Source of the DNA: Endomicrobiia bacterium
GTDB taxonomy: Bacteria; Elusimicrobiota; Endomicrobiia; Endomicrobiales; Endomicrobiaceae
Direction of reading: 5' to 3'
Assembly: GCA_036245315.1 (NCBI GenBank)
Contig: BTIF01000001.1
Coordinates: 20,788-84,787 of the forward strand
DNA length: 64,000 bases
Shown: positions 10,741-20,464 of the stretch, piece after piece
How positions within the stretch are numbered: position 1 is the first letter of the stretch
Layout of the letters: the number at the start of each line of letters is the position of its first letter
Position numbers and translations under genes: made by a program
The notes under the pieces: generated by a model
Told to the model about the DNA's origin: nothing
Seen by the model: only the letters and a program-made list of their open reading frames with translations
Databases searched by the model: none

Positions 10741-11395
10741 ATTGATTGATGATATACCAAGAAATGCCGCGATGAACATGGCACTTGATGAAGTGCTTTT
10801 CAATAAATACAAGAATGAACCAATATTAAGAGTTTATTATTGGGATAATTCATATACAACAATAGGATATTTTCAAAAGGTGGAAAGTATTGCTGAAGTT
10901 GAGTTTGTAAGAAGATTTACTGGTGGGCTTACTGTAAATCATCGCAATGATATATCTTATAGTTTTATTGTGTCATTGGAGTTTTGGAATATTTATAATC
11001 AAATGGAAACTTATAGAAACATTCACTTAGTAATAAAGAAAGTTTTACGATCGTTTGGTATTAATTCAATAATTTTAGGTGATAAAGTTGGGAGTGTAAA
11101 CAATAATATTATGTGTGTTCAAACTTTTTATGAAAATGATTTGATTTCAGAAGGTAGGAAAATTGTAGGTTCATGTTTGCGTAGACGTGGGAGTAAGCTT
11201 ATGGTACAAGGTGCGATTCATGTAAATTTAGATTATAATGCCAAAAGGATTTTTTCACAAGATTTTGCAGAAAATTTAGCAGAATTGTTAAATGCTAAAG
11301 TAAAAAAGGAAAACTTTATTGGTGATGATATTGAATCTGCTATGAGAATTGCTAATGAAAGATATTTGAATTCACAATGGAACAATATGTTTTAA
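10712..11395 (+). CDS. Lipoate-protein ligase A family protein (likely start ATG 10733)
   Basis: NMALDEVL, LRVYYW, VRRFTGG, KIVGS, VQGAI. Confidence 0.85.
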   Translation: MKRKLELMFKLIDDIPRNAAMNMALDEVLFNKYKNEPILRVYYWDNSYTTIGYFQKVESIAEVEFVRRFTGGLTVNHRNDISYSFIVSLEFWNIYNQMETYRNIHLVIKKVLRSFGINSIILGDKVGSVNNNIMCVQTFYENDLISEGRKIVGSCLRRRGSKLMVQGAIHVNLDYNAKRIFSQDFAENLAELLNAKVKKENFIGDDIESAMRIANERYLNSQWNNMF

Positions 11396-11409
11396 TAGTG
11401 TTATATATA

Positions 11410-11880
11410 GAAAGATGATGTTAATGTTTCAGTAAAAAATAATAAATCATTAAACGTTATTTCAAACTGTAATATAAAAATTTTAAATGTACTTTTGATG
11501 AGTAATGATATTGTGAGTTGTTTGTTTATGGGAATAAAGACAAAATTTATAAGTAATTTTCTGTTTTAAAAAGGGAATTTAAGCATTATCTTGTCACTGC
11601 TTTATCTAAGAATGAACTATCTTTGAAAACTGAAAATACTATGTTTAAGATTAATGAATTTTCAGTTTTTTAAAAAACACCTGACTATAAAATTTTACCT
11701 TTATAATTTTTAATAAATGTATTGAAGTTGATGTTGTATTATGCAAAAGTGCAAATGGTTTGTGGATTACATGACCATCTAGTAAGAAAAATGGTTTATG
11801 AGTAAAAGATTTTGAGTTTATAGATAAAAGTTTAAGAAAAACAGTTAAAAAATAATTTATAACTACACTTCCATGGTTAA
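11410..11880 (+). pseudogene. Degraded SpoVG-like gene
   Basis: Frame from 11703 reads IIFNKCIEVDVVLCKSANGLWIT*PSSKKNGL*VKDFEFIDKSLRKTVKK*, resembling SpoVG (NGLFVAMPSRK..G...D...I....R); 5' boundary approximate. Confidence 0.4.
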
Positions 11881-11886
11881 TCGACT

Positions 11887-13272
11887 ATGACAAATCGAAA
11901 GTTGAATAAGAAAAATATTTTGGATATTCTTCAAATTGCAAATCCTTTTATCTTTATAATTGCTTTTTTTGTCGCATTAGTTATAAATGTGTATCTTCAT
12001 TCTGTTATTAGTTTTTCATTAATTGCAATTTTAGTAACTATGTTTTACTGTTTTTCGGAAAACGCATATGCATACAGTGGTATTTTAATAGTTTTTACTA
12101 TTATTACATTTGTTTTGGATATTCTTCTTGTAAAACAGAAATACGAAGTTTATATTTTAATGCTTGAATATATGTCAATAGTGTGTTTATGCCTCATTCT
12201 TGAAATGTACAAGATTAAATACGTTTCAATAAGAAAATGTTTTTTTGAAAGATACAATATTATTAGTAGAGAAATTGTATTGATAAATTATGAAATATCA
12301 GAAAATAGGAAAATAATTATAGATTTAACACAGCGTATAAGAGATTTTAAGAAAATAGGTGGAATTCTTCAGTCGCTTCAAATTTCATTTGATGAAAGGA
12401 AAATTATAGAGAAATCAGAAGATATCGTACATAAATTTATAGGTAAGGGTTCTTGGAAGTTAAAAAAATATAGAGATGACGATATTTTTGCCTCTTATAT
12501 GAAAAATACGTCTTTACCGTTAATAATTAAGGATGTAACTACTGACAAGAGATTTTTGTCAAAGCAAAATAGTGGAAAAGTGTCATTTATTGCTACTCCT
12601 ATTGAATTCAATGGAATTTTTTGGGGGGTACTTCAAGGTAGTTCTAGTATAAAAGATTTTTTTTCTGAGCGTGACTTGTATCAATTATCTTTATTGTCAG
12701 GTATAGTAAGTACGGTTTTAAACAATTCTTATCTTTATAAACAGATTCAAACTCTTACAATTACTGATGGATTAACCGGACTTTATAATCAGATTTATTT
12801 TAAGGAAGTGCTTAGGGAAGAAATTGATCGTTCTAGGAGCAATAATTTATCATTGTCTTTAGGAATATTGGATGTGGATTTTTTCAAAAATATTAATGAT
12901 GAATATGGTCATCAAGCAGGTGATTCTATTTTGTTTCAGGTTTCTTCGCTTTTACGTGCAAGGTTTAGAGAGACTGATTTTATTGCTAGATACGGTGGTG
13001 AAGAATTTGCTTTTATGATGTTACGTACTAATTCAAGAGAAGCAGCAAAAATTTTAGAACATATACGTTTGAAAATAGAAAAACAAAGATTTTTTCTACC
13101 TTTGGAGAGTTTATATCCTATTCAAATAAAAATAACTGTCAGTATAGGTTTTGTCTCATTGACTAGGGGTTTTCCTATTTCAGAAGAAGAATTTATAAAA
13201 AATGCTGATAAGGCTTTATATAAGGCAAAACGATTAGGAAGAAATAGAGTAGAAGGTTTCCCGTGTGAGTAG
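11887..13272 (+). CDS. Membrane-anchored diguanylate cyclase (TM - GAF-like - GGDEF)
   Basis: Hydrophobic N-terminus, TDGLTGLYN, DVDFFKNINDEYGHQAGD, RETD I-site, ARYGGEEF, ADKALYKAK. Confidence 0.92.
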   Translation: MTNRKLNKKNILDILQIANPFIFIIAFFVALVINVYLHSVISFSLIAILVTMFYCFSENAYAYSGILIVFTIITFVLDILLVKQKYEVYILMLEYMSIVCLCLILEMYKIKYVSIRKCFFERYNIISREIVLINYEISENRKIIIDLTQRIRDFKKIGGILQSLQISFDERKIIEKSEDIVHKFIGKGSWKLKKYRDDDIFASYMKNTSLPLIIKDVTTDKRFLSKQNSGKVSFIATPIEFNGIFWGVLQGSSSIKDFFSERDLYQLSLLSGIVSTVLNNSYLYKQIQTLTITDGLTGLYNQIYFKEVLREEIDRSRSNNLSLSLGILDVDFFKNINDEYGHQAGDSILFQVSSLLRARFRETDFIARYGGEEFAFMMLRTNSREAAKILEHIRLKIEKQRFFLPLESLYPIQIKITVSIGFVSLTRGFPISEEEFIKNADKALYKAKRLGRNRVEGFPCE

Positions 13273-14605
13273 GAAAATATTAATTTTAATATTTATCCTT
13301 TTAGTGCTTGCAAGTATATTTTCTGTTACGTCTAAATTATATGATAGTATTAATAGTGTTATAATTTTGTCAGTTTTTATCGCCTTGGCTGGATTATATT
13401 ATTCATATTGGTTTAAGAAAGCGGTTTTAATTTCTTCAGCTATATCGTGTGTCATCGTTTTTTTCTCAGTAAGAAAATATTCATTTTCTATATTAAGTAT
13501 TTGTTTGTTTTTTATAGTGATTATTCAATTGCCTTATTGTTTTTATTTAAAATCAAAAAATCTAAAGAAAGAGCTTTCAGAGAGAAATTTACTTCTTAAA
13601 ATGAAACGAAAAAGAATTCTTTTAGATTATGAGGAATCTTTAGCTGAAAGACAAATGTATGAAAGTAATATGGAGAGAATAAGGCAACTTTATATTATAG
13701 GAGAGAAATTGTTTAAGTGTATTTCAAAAGATGAATATTCACAAATAGTATTAAACTCTATTGAAAAAAAAATGAAAACTGTAGGATGTGGTATTTTCGA
13801 GAGAGTTAAATTCAGCTGGAAAATGCTTGGATCTTCTGGTGTTTTACTAGACAAAAATATAAATTCTTTAGAATTTTTGAAAGATTCTAAAAAATGCAGT
13901 ATTATGAATAGTGAAGAATCTGAAAATTGTGACTTTAAAATGGTTTACTGGCCTTTAAAAATAGAGGATGAGCTTATAGGTTGTATCTTGATAGTAACTA
14001 GGATAGACTATGCTGATATATGTGTTGAAGAAGGTTTAATTTTTACTCCTCAAATTTCCTTAGCTTTAAAAAGAATAAATTTTTTTAGTGAAATTTCTGA
14101 AAAATCAAGAAATGATGGACTTACAGGACTATATCTAAAGCGATATTTTTTACAACGGCTAGATTTAGAAATGGAAAGAAAAAAACGATACAATGATGGG
14201 TTCTATATTTTAATGTTAGACTTGGATTATTTTAAAAGTGTAAATGATAGGTATGGTCATTTAATGGGAGATAAAGTACTCGCAAATATTGCCAGACTTA
14301 TTTTGTCAACTGTAAGACCTGGCGACTTAGTAGGTAGATATGGTGGAGAAGAATTCATAATACTAATGCCCACAATTAGTAGCGAAGAGGTAGAAATTGT
14401 AGCAAATAAGATAAAAAATTTCGTGCAAAATGTAATATTTCAAGAAAATGGAAATAAATTTAATGTAACAATAAGTATTGGAGTAAGTTGTAATTCAAGG
14501 AATATTACCGATATAAACTTCATAATTAATACAGCAGATAAAGCTTTGTATAAAGCAAAAAACAATGGTAGAAATCAAGTTGTTTTATATGATGAAACAG
14601 TGTAA
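13265..14605 (+). CDS. Second membrane-anchored diguanylate cyclase (TM - GAF-like - GGDEF)
   Basis: NDGLTGLY, DLDYFKSVNDRYGHLMGD, RPGD I-site, GRYGGEEF; GTG start overlaps the previous gene. Confidence 0.92.
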   Translation: MSRKILILIFILLVLASIFSVTSKLYDSINSVIILSVFIALAGLYYSYWFKKAVLISSAISCVIVFFSVRKYSFSILSICLFFIVIIQLPYCFYLKSKNLKKELSERNLLLKMKRKRILLDYEESLAERQMYESNMERIRQLYIIGEKLFKCISKDEYSQIVLNSIEKKMKTVGCGIFERVKFSWKMLGSSGVLLDKNINSLEFLKDSKKCSIMNSEESENCDFKMVYWPLKIEDELIGCILIVTRIDYADICVEEGLIFTPQISLALKRINFFSEISEKSRNDGLTGLYLKRYFLQRLDLEMERKKRYNDGFYILMLDLDYFKSVNDRYGHLMGDKVLANIARLILSTVRPGDLVGRYGGEEFIILMPTISSEEVEIVANKIKNFVQNVIFQENGNKFNVTISIGVSCNSRNITDINFIINTADKALYKAKNNGRNQVVLYDETV

Positions 14606-14709
14606 ATGTTATAACGTGTGTATTTTGTGACTAATAATTGTTATTAAAGTGTGTTTTATCATGCGTAGTTAGGTAGTAATGTTTAAAGGGGGGGGGAATT
14701 TAATTTCAG

Positions 14710-14900
14710 AAAATAAAGTTAAACTGAGATATTATTGAAGTAGATGAAGCTTATTTTTATGAGTTGTAGAATGGCAAGAGAATTTTAAACATGGTATAGA
14801 TCTGGAAAATGCTGTTAGATGACAGTCGACTTATGTTAAAACAGATTTGTGTTTTGTGATCGTATTAGGCAGAAAGAATCAAGAGCTAAACTGGATTATA
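14710..14900 (+). mobile_element. Remnant of an IS1595-family transposase
   Basis: KLN*DIIEVDEAYFYEL*NGKR ... RLMLKQICVL* resembles IS1595 L.GIVE.DETYF..S.KGKR...RGLS.EQICVL; multiple stops. Confidence 0.5.
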
Positions 14901-15149
14901 CTTTGTATAAATCAGTTTGTGTGTAAGACTTAAATAAATTCCCATTTTATTGTGCTAGATTAAAGAGTTTATACATTGTATTGCTTCCACCTAATTTAAT
15001 TGTTATTATACAGTAGTTATGCATGTATGGTTAATGACTATGAAATAATAAAATCAAGCACTAATGTCTTTGGGGTATTGTAATATAATAAATAATGTGA
15101 TACTTACTGTATGGAAAAATTTGGATAATTAAATCATCAATAATCTAAC

Positions 15150-15720
15150 TAAACTTTAAATACATCATAGTAATTCAACAAATCTTTCAATTCTTTTCTT
15201 TGATTCTCACTGTTTTGCTATAAAATAATACTACAAGTATATTCTTTTATTTTTGTCATTAATAAATAGGAATATAAATCTTTCCCATCTATCACCTATG
15301 TTTTGAAAGCAAGGTTCATAAAAAATTTTGTTTTGAATCTGCTCTCATACGAACAACGCAGATCTTTTTTGTTAAAAACATTTCACCATCATAGGATGGT
15401 GAAATCATTGCAACACTGTTGATATGATAACTAAGTATATCTTTGGGGGTTCATTTTTTCTTCTCTTAGAATAATCTATTGTTTTTTTGGGAATTAAGAA
15501 GTTAAGTAGTAAATATATATGTTGCCATGGACTTGCTTTAACCATCGCTTGTGGGTCTTGTCTTAATAATAAGATTTTTAGGATATCTCCACATATCGGA
15601 TTCCTTTGTTAAAGTTTTCCATTGTCTGATAATGGATGGGAAATATAAAAAAAAGTATAATAATAGCTAATGGTAAAATCATTGAAGAGGCTTATTTAAG
15701 GATTTACTATTCTCCTCCAC
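15150..15720 (-). pseudogene. Probable remnant of the C-terminal region of a restriction-modification (N6-adenine methylase/specificity) gene
   Basis: Broken minus-strand frames give QDPQAMV, YHINSVAMISPSYDGEMFLTKKICVVR, NIGDRW and KIYIPI, which resemble, from my recollection, segments of N-6 DNA methylase RM proteins; boundaries approximate. Confidence 0.35.
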
Positions 15721-15818
15721 ATAGGTATATAAAGAGATAATTGTGTTTTACAGATGCTTAAAGTGGTATTAGAGAAGCAAAAAACAAAATAATTTTACAG
15801 TGTAATAAAAAAGGAGTA

Positions 15819-18128
15819 GTGGAAATGGAGAGTATAGGGAGTTACGGAAACGAGGGAAAAGAAAAATTAATTTTGGAAAATAAGGTTAAACTGGGAATAA
15901 ATGCTCTTAATGTTCTTGAGAAAAGATATTTGGTAAAAGATAAGAATGGCAATGTTATTGAAAGTCCTGAAGACCTATTCTATAGAGTTGCTGAGAATAT
16001 TGCACAGGCAGATAAGCTTTATGATAAACATGCGAATATAGGTGCATTAATAAGAAAATTTTATCTTAGTATGTCATCTCTCGATTTTTTACCTAATTCA
16101 CCTACTTTAATGAATGCAGGTAGACAGTTGCAGCAACTTTCTGCTTGCTTTGTTTTACCAATAGATGATTCAATGGATTCAATTTTTGAAACATTGAAAA
16201 ATACTGCTTTAATACATAAATCCGGTGGGGGAACTGGATTTTCATTTTCAAAATTGCGTCCTAAAGATGATGTAGTTAAGACTACAAGCGGCGGGGTGTC
16301 TTCAGGACCTATATCTTTTATGCAGGTTTTTAATGTGGCTACAGAAGCTATTAAACAAGGTGGTACAAGACGTGGAGCAAATATGGGAATATTGAGAGTT
16401 GATCATCCAGATATTCTCGATTTTATAGTTTGTAAAGACAAAAATGACAGTTTGAACAATTTTAATATATCAGTTGCGATCACGAAAGAGTTTATGCTTG
16501 CCTTGGAAAACAATGGTGATTATAATCTTTATAATCCGCACAACAGTATGGTAACAGGAAAATTAAGTGCAAAAGAGGTTTTTGATAAGATAGTTTATCA
16601 GGCATGGAAAAATGGTGAGCCAGGCATAATTTTTATAGATAGAATAAACGATTATAACCCTACTCCAGAAATGGCTTCAATAGAGTCTACAAATCCTTGT
16701 GGGGAGCAGCCACTTGTGCCTTATGAATCTTGTAATTTGGGTTCTGTAAATCTTGGTAATTTTGTAAAAAACGGTGATATCAACTGGAAAAGGCTTGAAG
16801 AAACAGTTAAGATAGCTACTCATTTCCTTGACAATGTTATAGATATGAATAATTATCCTATTCAAAAAATTCAGGAGGTAACTCGTTCTAATAGAAAAGT
16901 TGGACTTGGCGTTATGGGCTGGGCGGATATGCTTTTTTGTTTAGGCATACCTTATGGATCTCAAAATTCTATAACTCTTGCTGAAAAACTTATGAGTTTT
17001 ATTCGTTCTAAATCTCATAGTGCTTCTGAAGAACTTGCAATTAAAAGAGGAGCTTTCCCAAATTTCAATCAAAGTATTTATGCAAATGGAAATCCTATAA
17101 GAAATGCAACAACAACTACGATTGCTCCGACAGGAACGATTGGTATAATTGCGTCTGCTTCAGGCGGTATTGAGCCAGTTTTTGGGCTTGTTTATAAAAG
17201 AGCGCATTGTCTTGACGATAAGGAAATGTATGAGATAAACTCGCACTTTGAAAAACTTGCAAAAGAAAAAGGATTTTATTCAATTGAACTTATGGATAAG
17301 ATAGCGAATGAAGGGAGCATCTGCAAATGTAAGGGACTTTCTGATGAAATAAAGAAGATTTTTGTTACTTCACATGACATTAGTCCGGAAGATCATGTAA
17401 GAATGCAAGCAGCTTTTCAAAAATTTACGGATAATGCAGTATCAAAAACTGTCAATTTTCACAATTCAGCTACAAAGGAAGATGTAAGAAAAGTTTATGT
17501 TCTTTCTTATGAAATGGGATGCAAGGGAGTAACTGTTTATCGGGATGGGAGCAGAGATAAACAAGTATTGAATCTTGTAAATAAGAAAGAAAAGAAGAAT
17601 CAGGATATAATTCCAAGGACTCGCCCTAAGAAAACAACAGGATCTACATTTCTTATGCATACTGGTTGTGGTAAAATGTATGTTACAGTAAATGAGGATA
17701 GTATGGGAGTATGTGAAGTATTTACACAACTTGGCAAATCTGGAGGATGTACCTCATCTCAAGCTGAAGCGGTGGGTCGTTTAATTTCTTTGTCTTTACG
17801 CTCTGGTGTTGATCAACAAGAAATTATAGATCAATTAAAAGGTATAAGATGTCCTTCTCCAACTATTTTTGATGGTGGAGCGATCTTATCGTGTGTTGAT
17901 GCAATTGCTAAGGCTTTAGAAACATATAATAATGAGAGAACAATGCCAACTCTTTTTGTGTCGGAAGCTTTTGCTCCGAAATCTAAAAATAAAAAAAAGC
18001 TTTATACTTCTAATCTAACCGACAATTTGTTAGGTGTGTGCCCGCAATGCCCCGAATGTGGTGAGATGTTAAGTTTTCTGGAAAGTTGTGCTACGTGTCA
18101 TAACTGTGGTTATTCTAAGTGTTTTTGA
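15819..18128 (+). CDS. nrdJ: Adenosylcobalamin-dependent class II ribonucleotide reductase
   Basis: FLPNSPTLMNAG, QLSACFV, TNPCGEQPL, TIAPTGT, KGVTVYRDGSR, TSCPD-like domain and C-terminal CPECG..CHNCGYSKC zinc ribbon. Confidence 0.95.
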   Translation: MEMESIGSYGNEGKEKLILENKVKLGINALNVLEKRYLVKDKNGNVIESPEDLFYRVAENIAQADKLYDKHANIGALIRKFYLSMSSLDFLPNSPTLMNAGRQLQQLSACFVLPIDDSMDSIFETLKNTALIHKSGGGTGFSFSKLRPKDDVVKTTSGGVSSGPISFMQVFNVATEAIKQGGTRRGANMGILRVDHPDILDFIVCKDKNDSLNNFNISVAITKEFMLALENNGDYNLYNPHNSMVTGKLSAKEVFDKIVYQAWKNGEPGIIFIDRINDYNPTPEMASIESTNPCGEQPLVPYESCNLGSVNLGNFVKNGDINWKRLEETVKIATHFLDNVIDMNNYPIQKIQEVTRSNRKVGLGVMGWADMLFCLGIPYGSQNSITLAEKLMSFIRSKSHSASEELAIKRGAFPNFNQSIYANGNPIRNATTTTIAPTGTIGIIASASGGIEPVFGLVYKRAHCLDDKEMYEINSHFEKLAKEKGFYSIELMDKIANEGSICKCKGLSDEIKKIFVTSHDISPEDHVRMQAAFQKFTDNAVSKTVNFHNSATKEDVRKVYVLSYEMGCKGVTVYRDGSRDKQVLNLVNKKEKKNQDIIPRTRPKKTTGSTFLMHTGCGKMYVTVNEDSMGVCEVFTQLGKSGGCTSSQAEAVGRLISLSLRSGVDQQEIIDQLKGIRCPSPTIFDGGAILSCVDAIAKALETYNNERTMPTLFVSEAFAPKSKNKKKLYTSNLTDNLLGVCPQCPECGEMLSFLESCATCHNCGYSKCF

Positions 18129-18195
18129 TTTATATTGCTAAATATTAGTTTATGCTGAGATCTAGTTTATTATATAAAAGGAAATACGTGAGTTA

Positions 18196-18759
18196 ATGGT
18201 TAAAAGCGATAGATGGATCAAAAAAATGTCGTTTGAGCATAGAATGATAGAGCCATTTGAGGAAAGGCAAGTGAGAAATGGAAAAATTTCTTTTGGGATT
18301 TCTTCTTATGGTTATGATATGCGGCTTTCAAATGAGTTTATGGTTATGAAGAAAGTGCCAAAAGAAACAGTACTTGATCCTAAAAAAGTGTGCAAAAAAT
18401 TATTCAAAAATATAAAAATAAAAACTGGAAATTATATGGAAATTCCTCCAAGTTCTATAGTTTTAGGTAAAACAATAGAATATTTTAGAATTCCTAAAGA
18501 CGTTTTGACAATTACATTCGGTAAATCTACATATGCAAGATGTGGAATTTTCGTAAATGTTACTCCGTTCGAACCTGAATGGGAGGGATATGTTACTATT
18601 TCAATAGCGAATATATCGCCACTTCCTGTAAAGGTTTATGTAAATGAAGGCATAGCACAAGTCTTATTTTTGGAAACAAGAGATACTTGTGAAGTTTCTT
18701 ATGCTGACAGGGAAGGAAAGTATCAAAAGCAGAAAACCGTAACTTCTGCAAAAATTTGA
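18196..18759 (+). CDS. dcd: dCTP deaminase
   Basis: KSDRWI, ISFGISSYGYD, GKSTYARCG, TPFEPEWEG, GKYQ. Confidence 0.95.
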   Translation: MVKSDRWIKKMSFEHRMIEPFEERQVRNGKISFGISSYGYDMRLSNEFMVMKKVPKETVLDPKKVCKKLFKNIKIKTGNYMEIPPSSIVLGKTIEYFRIPKDVLTITFGKSTYARCGIFVNVTPFEPEWEGYVTISIANISPLPVKVYVNEGIAQVLFLETRDTCEVSYADREGKYQKQKTVTSAKI

Positions 18760-18803
18760 TACAATAAATTAGTAGATTTTTGAAAAAAGATAGGTCAAAA
18801 TAA

Positions 18804-20333
18804 ATGATCTTAATATTAGATTTTGGTTCTCAGTACACTCAATTAATTGCAAGGTGCATAAGAGAAGAAAATGTGTATTGTGAAATATATCCTGGGAATA
18901 AAAAAATTGAATCCTTTTGTGAATTTAATGATTTGAAAGGTATAATTCTTTCAGGAGGTTATGATAGTGTTTATTCAAAAGATGCTCTTTGGCCTGATGA
19001 TAGAGTGTGGGAATTTGGTATTCCTATTTTAGGAATATGTTATGGTATGCAACTTATAGCAGAGCATTTTGGTGGAAAAGTTGTCCTATCAACACATAAA
19101 GAATTTGGTCCTGCAAATATTAATATAAAAGATATGAGCTCTTTATTTTATGGTCTTAATTCTAATGAAACAGTATGGATGAGTCACGGTGATAAGCTTT
19201 CAAGGATTCCAGTAGGTTTTAAGATAACAGCAGAATCTAATAATTCTCCTTATGCGGCAATAGAGAATGTAGAAAAAAATATTTATGGAGTTCAGTTCCA
19301 TCCTGAAGTAAAACATTCAATTAATGGAAGAAAAATTTTGAGGAATTTTTTATTTAAAACTTGTGGTTCTAAACCTGATTGGACTATGAAATCTTATATT
19401 GTTGATGAAATTAAAAGAATTAAAGAGAAAGTTGGGGATGCTAAAGTTTTATGTGCTATGTCAGGTGGAGTTGATTCTTCTGTTGCGGCGGTAATGCTAT
19501 ACAGAGCTATAGGGAAACAACTTATATGTGTCCATGTAGATCACGGGCTTCAGAAATTTCTTGAAACTGAAAGAGTGCGTGATGTGTTTGGCAAAATATT
19601 TGGAGAAAATCTTATTATTGTTAGTGCAAAAGAAATATTTTTATCAAGACTTAAAGGTGTGGTTGATCCTGAGCAAAAGAGGAAAATTATAGGTCATACT
19701 TTTATAGAACTTTTTGATAGAGAATCTAAGAAATTAAATGATATAGACTTTCTCTTGCAGGGAACAATATATCCTGATATTATAGAAAGTTTTTCTATAA
19801 GAGGTTCTAAAGTACCAATTAAGAGTCATCATAATGTGGGTGGGCTTCCTGAGAAAATGAAGATGAAACTTGTTGAACCTTTAAAATTTTTATTTAAAGA
19901 TGAAGTAAGGGTTTTAGGAAGAGAACTTGGACTTCCAGAGGAAATTATAAATAGACAACCATTTCCTGGACCTGGTCTTGCTGTGAGAACATTGGGTGAA
20001 GTAACTGATGAAAAATTAGATATTTTAAAGAAAGCTGATCATATAGTGACAGAAGAAATAATAAAGGCAGGGTTATATGAAAAAATATGGCAATCATTTG
20101 CCATAATATTGCCTATTAAAACAGTGGGTGTTATGGGTGATGCCAGAACTTACGAGTATGTGATAGCTATAAGAGCTGTAAATTCTGATGATGCAATGAC
20201 TGCAGACTGGGTAAAATTACCTCATGAATTGCTTGGGAAAATATCTTCACGGATTATAAATGAGGTTAAAGGTGCTAACAGGGTGGTTTATGATATTTCT
20301 AATAAACCTCCTGCAACTATTGAGTGGGAATGA
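18804..20333 (+). CDS. guaA: GMP synthase (glutamine-hydrolysing)
   Basis: ILDFGSQYTQLIAR, GICYGMQ, QFHPEV, SGGVDS, KSHHNVGGLP, KPPATIEWE. Confidence 0.97.
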   Translation: MILILDFGSQYTQLIARCIREENVYCEIYPGNKKIESFCEFNDLKGIILSGGYDSVYSKDALWPDDRVWEFGIPILGICYGMQLIAEHFGGKVVLSTHKEFGPANINIKDMSSLFYGLNSNETVWMSHGDKLSRIPVGFKITAESNNSPYAAIENVEKNIYGVQFHPEVKHSINGRKILRNFLFKTCGSKPDWTMKSYIVDEIKRIKEKVGDAKVLCAMSGGVDSSVAAVMLYRAIGKQLICVHVDHGLQKFLETERVRDVFGKIFGENLIIVSAKEIFLSRLKGVVDPEQKRKIIGHTFIELFDRESKKLNDIDFLLQGTIYPDIIESFSIRGSKVPIKSHHNVGGLPEKMKMKLVEPLKFLFKDEVRVLGRELGLPEEIINRQPFPGPGLAVRTLGEVTDEKLDILKKADHIVTEEIIKAGLYEKIWQSFAIILPIKTVGVMGDARTYEYVIAIRAVNSDDAMTADWVKLPHELLGKISSRIINEVKGANRVVYDISNKPPATIEWE

Positions 20334-20464
20334 TGATTTTTTTATGTCCCTCTCCTCTATATGGTAAGAAAAAAAGATGGATAAAAGAGTGTCAATAATA
20401 TTATCTTTTTTTGTATATTTTGAATATATTTTGTTTCCCTTAAATGTATAGGTGATATATATAA

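Noticed and set aside
11772-11801. UGA-as-Trp (or Gly) recoding suggested by two TGA codons at Trp-like positions
   Set aside because: Conserved genes end at TGA at their normal C-termini (guaA ...TIEWE, nrdJ ...YSKCF) and long genes contain no internal TGA, so these are nonsense mutations
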